Assembly (NCBI GenBank): GCA_002633005.1
Contig: NMRA01000120.1
Span: forward strand, 745,940-809,939
Length of the DNA stretch: 64,000 nucleotides
Direction: 5' to 3'
DNA from: Phoronis australis
Taxonomy: Eukaryota; Animalia; Phoronida
Shown piece after piece: positions 1-12,297 of this stretch; the first letter of the stretch is position 1; every line of letters begins with the position of its first letter. The notes under the pieces were generated by a model. It was not told the origin of the DNA. It saw only the letters and a program-made list of their open reading frames with translations, and did no database searches. Position numbers and translations under genes: made by a program.

Positions 1-3000
1 ATACTCGCTTTCTTCGCAGCTTCATAGATCGAACAAGCGGGAACGATGGACTGCAATATAGCGGCATTCACTCTGCAGACGAACCACTGACATCGCTGCG
101 TCGTTTCTCCCTTCCTCACAGGTTAACGCGACACCTCTCGGCAAGGTGAGGTCGACCGAGTAAGAGGCGATGTGAGTATAGACCGATTAAGACGGTAAAA
201 AAGACTAATCAAATCGGGTGGCATTCTCCTTTAAAGGACTCATTTGAACTCCGTAGAATTTTACTTCCCGAAGCATGTTTTTTAACTAACAATTGTTCTT
301 CCAATTATTTTCCCTTTCTTTGGACGATTCCCACCAACGACTCACATACAGTGCATGTATCGCCAACTCTGTATATTCTCAAAGCACGCGATTTGTGATC
401 TTGGGAACAAGATGCGGCCAGCACAAATGGTCGCGAAGTCACAATTCACTTGCGGCGCTTGGTGCAATGAATGCTTTATAGTCTACTACTTTCAGCAATT
501 ACGTCGTCTGCTGACTAACAGGAAGCTGGGATACGCAGTGTAATAGAGTGGCAACTTTCTCTGGGAATTTCATGAGAAGATATCAAAGTTGCGAATCTGC
601 TGTCTGTGATCTATATTTACACTTAGTTTTGAAAACCACCCCTACCGTTAAGCTCAACCCGCGCAGCCTACGTTTTGTGTGCTATATAAAGTAGCGATAA
701 TTACGAAAGGTAAATCTACCACCTTGTTCGCCCCCGTAGTGTGCAACAGAAACATTCTACTGTGTGCGAACAATGAAAACTAAGTAATAATTACTTTAAT
801 GACCTCCAGTGTAGTTTATATTTTAAAATGATGAAAATAAGTGGGAACGCGAAACGTGTTTGGTTCGTTAACGAAATACGGGCATTCTAATTCAGATTTC
901 ATAATGACTATTTTCAAATCAACCCCTATCATTAAAAATTTTCGAAATTCACAAAAATAATACATTTGCAAATTTTTGAGAACAATTCATCAACCAAAAT
1001 GGCCCACGTTAGTCTCCAAACGCGATTTCATATGACTTACGCGTAAATTCCTATGTGACGTCATTTGAGATAGTTGATTGTTATGAAGTCAAGTCGTTTG
1101 TTTAGAAAGACATTTAAAAAAGAATCTAAGTTGGTAGGTACTATTGGTGGAGGTTTTGTTCAGTTTTCTGACGATGGTAGATTTACAAGAGCTTTTGATT
1201 TGAGTGGTGAATAAATTTTGACGTTTGGAGATTGTTATACACCCGGGTTCTGTCAAAAAAGCTAACTTTTAATTTAGACCCCTTACCGGCATGAAATTGA
1301 TCTCTGTTTACTTACAGCTCAGATTAGAAATGTTTCTTGGGTTTCTAGAATTGACAGTTCGTTGTTGATTGACGACAGGTGGAGCAAGTTGGCGTGACCC
1401 GGCTAGTCACTCTATGTGCAAACATGGTCTCGAGCATTGACGAACTGTCACATTTTTCCACAAATTAATTCTATCCTTAGTAATGAAAAAGTCTTAGCCA
1501 CGTTTACACCGGTAGATGGCCTAAAGTAAAGGTTACATGTGTATTTTTGACAAAAATGTAGGCTCTTGTAGAATTATGGAAAACATCTCAGTGAAAATTC
1601 TGTTCGAAAAACGCATTATTTTGTACCTAGGAGCATGGACCTTGATTGGCGTACGATTCCTGAACGCCAGCCATGCTGTCCTTGAAACTGTATTGGTACC
1701 ACCTGGGTGTGAAACCCGTAATTTGCTTGGTTGCTTTTTGATTCGCATTTTAGGTTTTGTTATACAAATTTGGATGTCTATTGCCCATATGTTACGCTAT
1801 TTATTTGCAAATGACAAGTAGAATTCAATAAAATTGAAAAAATGGTTGAAAAGGTCAATACTTCCGTGACGCTTCCCGCGCAGAATATGAGTCAAATAAT
1901 TTCCGGTAAAATACCCGTTCTGATACTCAATTAGAGAACCAATCTTGTTTAGTAAGGGTTTTATCCCCGTATTGTGAAACCGGAATCAAAATGTAGAGGC
2001 AAGTGCCTGGCCATTGCCGCTGGAATCGGCAACTTCCATCTAAGTTCACTAGGCAGCTGCGGTAAACGAGCTTTGTTTGACGCTTAAGATGTAAAGCGGT
2101 CGTATGTCGAAAAAACGTTCACACATTTTGATTTTTCAACAAACAAATATCATTTTTGACCGCACAGCAGTGCGTTGATCACCTTAACTGCAATTACGCG
2201 CACCTGCATTTTTGCTGCCTGGCCATCACAGCGACGTTTCGTCGTCGCGAAAATTATCAATTCCTAAATTGTTAAACGTGAGAACAGTTCACATTCATTA
2301 TTCACTGTTTTTAGGATATAAGTTTCGCCAGACAAAAACTAAACAGATGGAGGCGCTGAAGGTGGAGGACTGTAGTGAATGTGGTTTTTTAGTCTATACG
2401 TATCCGCTCGAGCCAAGTTCTCCGCCTGGGTTCTGGCATCACAGAAGCCGATTTCACGAACACATCAGGCTTAAGACAGTAATTCCGTTAATAACTTAAT
2501 TTTACTATTTGCCCACATATTAAAAATTCTTTCTGAATTTACTTCAGCAGTCATATTCGTGTTCTGCTACAAGAACTAGTCCGTCGCTCACTGGCCAAGC
2601 TAAACTTATGTGGAAAACAAAGTGGTGGAATGTTGGGAATTTATTTATAACTCTGCACAATTTCAGGATTTCATGCCTCATTCTTGTTACATGTTTGCGT
2701 ATCATTACCACCTGCAATAATGGGTGATTTTGTTCTCTTAAAACTGCCGTCGCGGGTCTTCACCCGGTCAATTCGTCTTCGCCGCCGACTGAGACTTTTG
2801 TCCGTCTTAGATTTTCGAAGTCTAAAATTATGTTCAGTATTTTTGTCAATTCTCAGAATACACATGATGTCATAGCAATTTTAATTTACTTCATTATTCT
2901 GATATCCTAGTTCCTTATTATGTATATATATATTTATCCATTTACTTCTTGTCAAACACACTCAGTCGAGTCGAATGGGCTGCCTTGCGAAAGGCTCTCA

Positions 3001-3725
3001 CTTCCAACTTCGCTGTCAATCTAAAATGGTGGATTTTCACTCGACAAGTGTTGATTTTTGTGAATTTTTCATCCCAGGACTTAATTTACTACAAGTGACT
3101 TCTCTATAGAAGTTTTTAATACAAACGTTAGAAAATTAGCATTCATCCAGGTAAATAAGAATTAAAACCCATGACTATTGGATTCACTATAAAACAAGCT
3201 TCCCGACGTCGCGGAGCCGTCTGGCTCCTTCCGACTGGTCATCAGTCCCCAGGCGGCTTCAGCCACCACGTTTGAAAACTTGTTTTATAGTAGGTTCAGT
3301 GGCCAGGAGTTCTGATTTTTTAGTCTAAGTTCTTCACAAACTACTACTGTTTAAATCACGTGGTACGTAACGAAATCTTCAAGGGGAATTATAGAAGTAC
3401 ATGCCAACTTTTTGAAAAGGACTCTTTGATCCATTTGATATTCTTTAGTCGATTCCTATGAACACGACTTAAAGCGAGATTGACCTAGTGGGGATGTTTT
3501 TTTTTCAATTTCGACTGAATGTGTCTGTGTACCTCAAATAGTTATGCAAATGTGAGCAATACGTTAATTCAGGCAATGTTTCATCAGCGAGATCTTTCGT
3601 TACACTCGCGTGATAAACTCGCCTCGTACTCAATTAAGTTTTTTCAAGTCAAGCTGATTATGCCTGCTGAAGACCCAGAGGAGAAGCTTGCAAACTATTA
3701 TATGTCAACAAAGAAATACTGCCTT

Positions 3726-3731
3726 TTTATT
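3726..3731 (-). promoter_or_regulatory. Polyadenylation signal of MSMB-like gene B
   Basis: AATAAA on the minus strand about 35 nt after the TGA stop. Confidence 0.6.
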
Positions 3732-3765
3732 CTTCGCCATTTACTTTGCTGTTAATCAACAGATG

Positions 3766-3865
3766 TCACTCCCATGCGCATCTCATTTTAAGTTCACAAC
3801 TTAACGGATTGTCAACAATCCGACAGCCAGGTGGTGGACGGTAGACGCCTGCTTTTTTCCAGTAC
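3766..3865 (-). CDS. Beta-microseminoprotein-like gene B, exon 3 (to stop)
   Basis: Acceptor tttgctacag, phase 2: YWKKAGVYRPPPGCRIVDNPLSCELKMRCAWE*. Joins in frame to a 107-aa protein with 10 Cys in the mature chain. Confidence 0.87.
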
Positions 3866-4074
3866 CTGTAGCAAAGAATGTAGATTTTTACTTATTCAGT
3901 TAATACCCTATTTAAGAATGCACATTTCCTTGTGATATTTTGCAGAAAATGGACTCAGCCATAGATGATGGCCTACTGAATTGATGCACGTTTTTGTAGT
4001 GGCAAGCATGTACCTCCGTAGGGTGAGGATACTGGGTTCATTTGACTGAGAAGTATCGATGGAATTCACCCTAT

Positions 4075-4094
4075 AGAGAGAGAGAGAGAGAGAG
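4075..4094. repeat. (AG)n microsatellite
   Basis: About 10 AG units. Confidence 0.9.
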
Positions 4095-4994
4095 GACACA
4101 ATCAAGTTCTCGGGTACTGAAAAGGTCTTACAAGAAAGTCCCAGACACGATTTTGTAAACAGATGTTACGAAATAAATTGTCGCCATTGACGGCAATTGT
4201 CGCCAAAGGGAAATTTAGGTCGACGCCGACAATTTTGGACGGGATTTCACTTTTAAATGTTTGGGAAATAAGATGATTAGTCAATCAAGCCAGCTCGTTG
4301 ACAGAGTAATGGGCACTTGCAGCAATTAAAACGACATCTTTCTCGTAAAAATGACTCACGACGACGACGTGCGAGCTCAGTTCAAGAGACAGGCCATTAT
4401 CTGCGCGTTCTAGCGACCATTGAACTCTAACCCATTAGCTATGGAATGCCTGCACGTGACATATCGATTCTATCAATTAGAGTTTGCGACTCCGAGACTA
4501 GCCGCGAGAGTTTGTACTGTGTATTTCCGGCTGTCTGCTCGACTGAGTTCTGATCGAGTGTTGTAGTTATCAAATCAAGCCTAATTTCATTGCTTCATTT
4601 TCATTTTGTCATTATTTTTTCATGGAACGGGACTCTTACAGTATGTTTTCATACAGTCAAGGATTTCTCGGCAAAATTAATCGCCTAACCAGACTATTAA
4701 ACTGGCCATTCTTTATAATCACCGAACTGTGGCCCTGGCTGAATATCGGGAATAGTCTGGCCTCTGATATCTTTTGAGTTCCAGTCTTAGGACCACATTC
4801 GACAACCTATCAAACTACATTCCAGGACCTTTTCAACAAGACAGTTTTTGGGTGTTAAAACCATGTTACACTATTTTACGGAAAGAAGTGGTTCCTCTGT
4901 GTTAGTGCTGTAATTATAAGTAAAAATGAAAAGTTTAAGCACTAAAGCAAGTCTGTTTACGTAACTTTCGAAAAATTACTCATAACTGTGTACT

Positions 4995-5041
4995 TGTGTG
5001 TGTGCGTTTGTGTGTGTTTGTGTGTGTTTGTGTGCGTGTGT

Positions 5042-5080
<39 letters not shown>
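4995..5080. repeat. (TG)n microsatellite
   Basis: Imperfect TG dinucleotide run of about 85 bp. Confidence 0.95.
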
Positions 5081-5083
<3 letters not shown>

Positions 5084-6289
5084 TTGTTCGTATTATTATC
5101 ATTTGTTTTACAATAATTCGTTTGTGGAATGATTACCTGTCCCGCTTTTCATCCGGAAATCCCGCTTTTCAATTAAGTTGTTCCAGTTTTTGAATGTTGG
5201 CAGTGACAACTAAGCAACAGGTGTTAAAGACAACATGGTCTCTTTGTTGTGAATATCACTTTTTTCTATAGTCCACTTTCTTCAGTAACATAGCAAATAT
5301 AAAAATGTTTCCAATGTCTCTTGTTTACGGTAACATACACGATATGTATCAGGATCACTAATTTTTACTTTCTGAAGAAATTTGTTTTTTTTAAATGTAT
5401 GGAAAGTTCTATACTCCAACCAATGTAGTGAGCTATGCACAGTAAATTTCAGAGCTACGCGATAGATGTTTGCCCATTTTTATCTATGAGAAAACATTTA
5501 TCTGCAAATTTCGGATAATAATATATACTTGGCGTAATTAGTTTATCGCATTTTTCGTAAGTATTTCTACATTCTGAATTTTATGGAAGAATGTAACTGT
5601 ACCAAACGGCACAAAATATATAATTAATAATATATAATAAAGATTCACAATTTTGGATGAATGCCTGACTAAATTATCCACAGCAACTGTGACGGATCCA
5701 TAATCTAAAATCTTTGTATTTATAGTGTAGAAATCTTTTTAATCATTGACATTGTTTCCTTATTGACATAACTAGCCATTCATATAGCCCTTTCCGGTTC
5801 ATTTCCTTTCTTATAATACTTATTACACCTTGTTGTTTTTCGCAATTTGGTAACACTCTTGTTTTTAGAATTAAAGAATATTTTAAACCACTCAAGTATG
5901 CGAAATGATAATCACTGATGAATTAAATCGTTTATCTTTCACTTCTGGTAAAATCATCAAAAACTGATAAAAGGCTTTCTAACGACATAACTATTATGCA
6001 ATTGGGTTGAAAAATGGCGGAGTTGCAAAAAGTTTTATTGACAATAAATTCCATAGCAATAACCCACACCGGAACAAATGAATGCAAACAAATTCCACGC
6101 ATGGGCGACGCAGCCTCAGCAGCGCGAGAGCTAGAGTTATATGTAGCGATCAAGACCCGTGGGAAGGGAACTACTTTTCTGAGCAGGCTTTTGTGCGCGA
6201 TTTGAATAAGACACCAAACGCTAGTCGTTGGCTTATGCAGTAAATGCCTGTGGTACAACAGATTCTCATAAACACTTGCAAAATCATAC

Positions 6290-6410
6290 CCGCAACATCT
6301 GACGAGGCCACTAGATAGACAAGTACATTTTTCACATACTGGTGCTCCAAATGTTTTTGTCTTGCCTTGAAGAATAACTAAATTGCGTACCATCGGGCAT
6401 TCTGCTTTTC
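6290..6410 (-). CDS. Beta-microseminoprotein-like gene B, exon 2
   Basis: Acceptor ttggtttcag, 121 nt, phase 1-2: (G)KAECPMVRNLVILQGKTKTFGAPVCEKCTCLSSGLVRCC(G), donor GG|GTATG. Shares FGAPxCEKCTC with gene A. Confidence 0.88.
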
Positions 6411-6692
6411 CTGAAACCAAAAAAGAAACTTATTTGTGAAAATATTCCAGCATGTTTTGCTAATTCAGCAACACAAGATACTATTTGACTTTTAAACCTC
6501 CCTCCAATGCTTCGTGAAACGTTCGTGTGTATTCAGTTTTGTAAGCAGATTTTTGGGCTTAATGACTTTGACCTAGAATTTCTAACATTTTTTAAAGATC
6601 ATATTATAATTTGATATGGCTGGGGTTGGGTAGTCTCATCTACATTTGCTTACTCTATACATTACAATGTGTATTTTGAAATGAATTCCTAG

Positions 6693-7301
6693 TTATTGGG
6701 CGCCCAATTAATACAAGATTATTATAAAAGAGTAGTAGAGGGAAGAGAAAGTAAGAACGTTCACACACACAATCACTCGATTTAATTAACTTAAATTTTA
6801 AATAGACTTATCTAGATAAAAAATTAATTTCATTACAATAATATGAAGCAGTGGTCATATGATATTTTTTATTCATTTTGAAAAGATGCCCGTAAAACCT
6901 TTCACTTCTCTGAAGTTTTATCCGAGGTGTTAAGTACTTAGCGTTCACTAGCTCAAACAGTATCAATTAAAAAACATGGTTGANTTTATGTCAGAGTGCC
7001 ATAAATCTCATTATTGGGCGCCCAATTAATACGAGATTATTATAAAAGAGTAGTAGAGGGAAGAGAAAGTAAGAACGTTCACACACACAATCACTCGATT
7101 TAATTAACTTAAATTTTAAATAGACTTATCTAGATAAAAAATTAATTTCATTACAATAATATGAAGCAGTGGTCATATGATATTTTTTATTCATTTTGAA
7201 AAGATGCCCGTAAAACCTTTCACTTCTCTGAAGTTTTATCCGAGGTGTTAAGTACTTAGCGTTCACTAGCTCAAACAGTATCAATTAAAAAACATGGTTG
7301 A
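6693..7301. repeat. ~290-bp direct duplication joined at an 'n' (likely assembly artefact)
   Basis: 6693-6983 matches 7011-7301 with no differences seen; n at 6984. Confidence 0.85.
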
Positions 7302-8339
7302 GACCCATGTCTCGGTTAAGTATAAATACAGTATTTAGCATATTGAGTATTTATGGTATTGAAGAGTTCAATTTGTTGGCCAATGAAACAAACTGAAAGT
7401 TGATATACAGACGACTCACTAAATAGATCATGTCGGGAGCCCTAGAAACGTTTAACACAAAGGGAGCTGGACCTTGCTACAGTACTTTGTGAAATACCAA
7501 ATGATTTTAACATCTTGTGGGAGAAAAAATTTAAAAATGTCAAATGAAGATTTGTTGGCAGTATGAAAGGAAGGCTTTATGTTTCATTAATTTCGTCGTC
7601 TGCGTGGTAATTGAGTTGACACGAAATTTGCTGGTTTTACAGAAATCGTGTTTTTCAACCCATATTTGATGTTATAATAATAAACAAGCCTTCTATCAGC
7701 CCCATCCAGCACTTTCCTCAAAGACTAATAAAAGAATATGGAAAAAACCTTCAAGTCATAATTTTGTAATGTTATCCCAATAAAGAATTTTGTCCTGGCC
7801 ATTTAAAAGGCATTATACAGGTTTTGGTAAAATAATGATTTGCCATTAAGGGTTAAATTGCAATTATTCCATATCACTTGTTTAGCTATGGTAACTTGAC
7901 TAGTTAAATAATGTCCGAAATTCCTGACGTGCCGATAAATAGATTGCAAAAATATAGTTATGTAATTTCATGCGGAAATGTCACTGATGTGGAGGTGATA
8001 GGAGAATTTCGATCCGTCATGTTGAAACATCGTCTAATCAGACCACCGGCAATTGTGGGTATTGTTTCTGAGTTCTTCATGGATTTGGAAATATACAAAC
8101 GATTTTATGGGCAAAACGTTGTTAAAGATTTAGTTTAAGAGCGAGAATACAATGTAATTTTCAAAAATATTTTTTTTAATGTGGGACTGTTATGAATATT
8201 TGTAATTGGTCACAATTGCACATCATCTTAATTTACGAATGAGGCCTCAATGCACAGTGCTTATCGTTTACTACGTAAGCCAACACTGCGTGTATTATTC
8301 TGGGTATTAGAAAAGGCATAAAAATTGGGGCTGTGAAAC

Positions 8340-8965
8340 GTTTTGTGATACGAATAGATATTATTGAAAGTAATTTTGTTTGCATTAAACTCACCATTCT
8401 AACACAATGTGTCCTTTGTCAATTACCACAATTTGCCACGTTGGAAGCTAATTCTTGGTTTTGAAAGCGTTTCACACCGTCACTTGTTGATGTCAGAGCC
8501 TCAGGGTGAGCATACACTACTACTATTTCCTTTAATTATGTCACTGATTGGAACAGTACTACAACACGTCACCACTTGTTTCTTCATCATCATTACCATC
8601 ATTACTAAGATCTCGCGTAAAAAATTGTTGCTTTTCTGGCATTGCAATTAGTGCACGGCAAAGATCTACTAACGTTTGGTGAAGTACAGGGCCAATAAGC
8701 AAACAAATTGCAGTAACTGTTCAGGGTGGGAACGTCAATACCGCAATTAGTTGATCTGTCAACTGTGCTTCTTCTGCTAGTTTTATTTCGTATTAATCGC
8801 ACAGTGAACCTTTTATGTTCACTTACAGGTAATGATAACTAAACCGTTTCAATGATGTTTTGATTCAATTAATACTTCAGGTACTCCAATATCGTCCGCA
8901 TACGTCGCGATTCTACTCGGGGATTCCGTCGATAGGACATTCCCCGAGTATGCATGACAAGGGAG
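8340..8965 (-). mobile_element. Internally deleted second copy of the helicase-bearing element (in intron 1 of MSMB-like gene B)
   Basis: Blocks homologous to about 33010-33220, 33505-33650 and 33880-33945, e.g. ttgccacgttggaa, gtttcacaccgtca, ggtgaagtacagggccaataa, ccccgagtatg. Confidence 0.7.
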
Positions 8966-11076
8966 ATAAGTCTTTATTTTGATACATAACCGAGTCTACA
9001 AATTCGGATTATCTCTACTACAAGGATTATAATTACCATTTTTAAGAACATAGTCCTAACTTCCACAAAACTCATTCAAATTACAACAATGACGAATCGT
9101 TTTTCTGTGGTTTATTTGGCGCGAAAACGAACCGATATGATCTCACGTGATCCAGCCTCATCACCCGTTTTTCGCGATATTTTGTAAATGTAAAGTGCCA
9201 TATGTGAAAGACCAGTCGCCAACCGATTAGAGCCATTCCTATGGAAATCAGTTAGTAGCTTTACAAGAAACTCGCGAAAAGGGAAGTTTAGGGAAGTCTG
9301 CGCGACATATTGACAGTCATTATAAGCGGAGCACATGATCCACGAGCTTTTCTCGCGATTGTTTTGCGTCCACAAAACTTTCGGCACGCCAATTCAACCA
9401 ATGAACCTGACAACGAAGTCTATGTTATCGCCCTGATTTTTCATGCCGAAATGTAACCAAACCACAATGCCTGTGAATTTGTTGCGAGAAAAAATACAAT
9501 GTAGATTACACAAATCATGGTGAGATACCGCCATGAATAATACGAGAAGCACGTGATCACAATAGCTTCATTTGAGAGTGTCTAGCTTGGACGGAGCGCA
9601 GTTCTGGTTAGAGTTGCATCTTGTCGAGAAAAACGATGGCAATTAAGTTGAAGTCATTTGAAAACAATCTGCTGTCCAAATTGATCACGTGACACACTAA
9701 TAAACTCTCGAATATTCTTAAAAACAATTTTGAGAAGTTGTGAGCTATTATCGCTAGACCCCTTTGTCACAGAACGACATCAAGTTTTAATTTTGCAGCT
9801 GAATTTGAAAGCGCGCGTAAAAATCTGTTTTTGTTAAATTCACTTGGTGTTCTTAAAGTGTTACTCAGCAACATTTTCGAATATCAAATTAGACTTGGAA
9901 TAGACAATTTAAACTACACTGGAATTCTGGAAGGTGTAGTTGCAACAATATAATTAGTCTCTGTCTTGTTATTGGCTATCCCGTGTGACGTACCAGCGAG
10001 CCGGAACGACGGAATGCGTGCGTCAGGTTTTTTATCAAGTAAATATATTCTGTTGTTTGTGCTCCACATTTTAGCGTTATTTTCAGAAATGTTTCTGGTG
10101 GATGAAACAACACGGCTTTCAATCACGACTTGTAAGGTCGCCGGCCTTTGCTTTGACGAGAGTTGGAAAGTGAGAAGTGTTTTTTGTCATTTACTGTCTA
10201 TAAATTTTAAGTTTAGAATAGATAAATACATTTTCTTGGTTACTGAAATATTAGGAAATGCTCGAGTGTGTCACTCGCAGGTCCCAATAATTTGTTAATT
10301 TCGAATCGGAAAGCACATGTTGTTTTTGTGGTATAATCTATATTATTCGACATTAGTATACATGGGTCTTAGCAATATATTAACTTTTTGCAAGGTGTGG
10401 TTTATAATGTCTTAAACGCTCAAATTAAAGTTAGGCTTACTCCCTGACGTGTTGATCGGAGGAAAGTGGCTCAATGAGAACTGTTAAAAGATGCAGGTAT
10501 TCCAAGAAATCAATATTATTGAGATCGTAATTGTACACGTTCTTCATTTCGAGATCACAAATCCCAGGATTAACAAACCTTAGTTGTAGCGTTCAGCAGA
10601 AAATTACTAGTTGCAAGTATGTACACGACCTTTGAGAGGATGACCTGGGTGGGCAATTTTAGCGGTTATACTCCGATAATAGGTTAGGGTGTCATTTTTT
10701 TTCCTGAAACGAGTAACCCGTTTTTTTCAATAAACCGGGTTGAACCGGGCTACAGCACTTCAGTTACATGTATATACCCCAGCGCTCCTTTTGGGAAAGT
10801 TTCGGGTGTCTGCCTTGGCTTTTACTTCGCTGGCATAACTTATCATCTCAAGCTTTTAATTTGACTAATAGAACGAAGTACAACGCCATGACCCAGACTG
10901 ATTTTGCATAACTAAGTCACCTTTGGACTCGGGGGGAATTGACTATGCTTAGGAGTTAGTTCGAGTTTTAGGTGAGATGTTGCACATTTGTGAGTGTTTA
11001 CGGCTTGCTGAATAATAAGTGAATCTGTGCCCATGCTCTAGTTGAGAGGATTCAAGATAATACTATAGTAAACAAC

Positions 11077-11238
11077 CAGGGGCGGATCTAAGATTTTAAG
11101 TTAGGGGGCCAGGGCAGAGTATTAACCAGGATTGTGCCCTTCAGACATTTGAACCGCCAAACTGTCAAATGGAATCTGGAAGAATTTTAAGGGGACATGG
11201 CCCCCTTGCCCCCCCCCCCGACCCTAAATCCCCCACTG
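11077..11238. mobile_element. Short non-autonomous DNA transposon (CAGGGGCGGATC family), copy 1
   Basis: Ends CAGGGGCGGATC...AATCCCCCACTG; internally homologous to 31343-31661. Confidence 0.6.
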
Positions 11239-11304
11239 GCAACGAGTTTGCCCTAATTAAGTTTATGAAAGGAGGTCGCACTTGTCAATATAAAAAGGTG
11301 TTTC

Positions 11305-11803
11305 CGTTCTGCATCCATTTGTGCATCAGGTTGAATGTTTGATGGCTGATTGTCAGTCGAAAACACTTGCTTAATCAACGTGTTCTTTTAGTTCTTAAAC
11401 GATTATCGCTCTGTTCTTATTCAAAGCGCCCTTTTGCTTAATCAAAGCGTAGTTTTACTTCATCAATCATATCGACCAATCACGCCCGTGCTCTCAAACA
11501 TCAAAATAGCGTAAGACTTTCAACATGGGGGCTAGGCAACTTTTGAAAAATGTTGCAGATTCTTATCAAGTGAACACATAAATGATGGCCCTGTTACGTA
11601 CTGAATTTACAATTGTTTTTGATTGGACATAACAAATAATTAATTCAACGCATTAATCAAGCAAATATATCCGTTGAAAAAGAGCAGAACTGTGATTGTT
11701 TAAGAACTAAAAGCACGCCTTAAATAAGCGTTGATTAAGCAAAAGTAAGTGTTGATTAGGCAAAATGATGCGTTGATTAAGTACAGTTCAACGCACAGAA
11801 AGG
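11305..11803. repeat. Degenerate foldback element
   Basis: Left ttaatcaacg and ttttagttcttaaac motifs are mirrored by right cgttgattaa and gtttaagaactaaaa motifs. Confidence 0.5.
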
Positions 11804-12135
11804 TACTGGTTTAAGAACCCCTTGGCCATTCATACAACATTGAATAATACGTATGATTTTAGAAAACAGGACACTCGTGGACGGGAAGAAATGGCCCCAC
11901 TGCAGTAAAACTGCGTGTACGTTGGGGCCCCGAAACACCGCAGCCGTTCAAATTGAGAGAAACGCAAGTCTGAGATTATCAAACACGCAAAATCATGGGC
12001 TTTTATTGAACACGTGTCATAAAAAACTGACTCAACTTTGAGCTGTCATTGACTAATTCGCCTTCAACAAAGTGTAATTATCACTTTTCTTCGGAAACTT
12101 AGAGATTGTACAATACTTTGAGAGGTTCAACCTAC

Positions 12136-12238
12136 CATCAATAGATATCACTGGCCTTCTAGTGACACAATAACCCCAAACGTCACCACTCAGGTACAAC
12201 AGGACGGTGATGGCTAAAATCAGCTTTCTTGACAACAT
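12136..12238 (-). CDS. Beta-microseminoprotein-like gene B, exon 1 (signal peptide + first Cys)
   Basis: ATG at 12238, MLSRKLILAITVLLYLSGDVWG|YCVTRRPVISID, then G|GTAGG donor (phase 1). Same architecture as gene A exon 1. Confidence 0.8.
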
Positions 12239-12290
12239 TTTGAAGTCTCTATGTTCTTCTATCTCTATTTGTGTTACCCTTGATCATAGC

Positions 12291-12297
12291 ATTTATG
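12291..12297 (-). promoter_or_regulatory. TATA-like box (CATAAAT) of MSMB-like gene B
   Basis: About 55 bp upstream of the ATG; a variant of the TATAAATG seen in paralog A. Confidence 0.4.

Noticed and set aside
200-260. CCTTTAAAGG junction resembling abutting TTAA-targeting (Kolobok-like) element ends; a similar end occurs near 50910
   Set aside because: Partner termini could not be matched, so no element boundaries can be given.
1537-1821. PPGC motif suggesting another MSMB exon 3
   Set aside because: It is on the opposite strand from the MSMB genes, and lacks the other Cys residues and a matching splice context.
4996-5193. Cys/Val-rich ORF
   Set aside because: It is a translation of the (TG)n microsatellite.
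5932-6420. 162-aa ORF as a single-exon gene
   Set aside because: Only 6410-6290 is exon; the rest is read-through past a GT donor into intron.
7420-7513. ATG...LCVKRF followed by a GTGAGT donor on the minus strand as an alternative exon 1 for gene B
   Set aside because: There is an in-frame TAG before the donor and no hydrophobic signal peptide.
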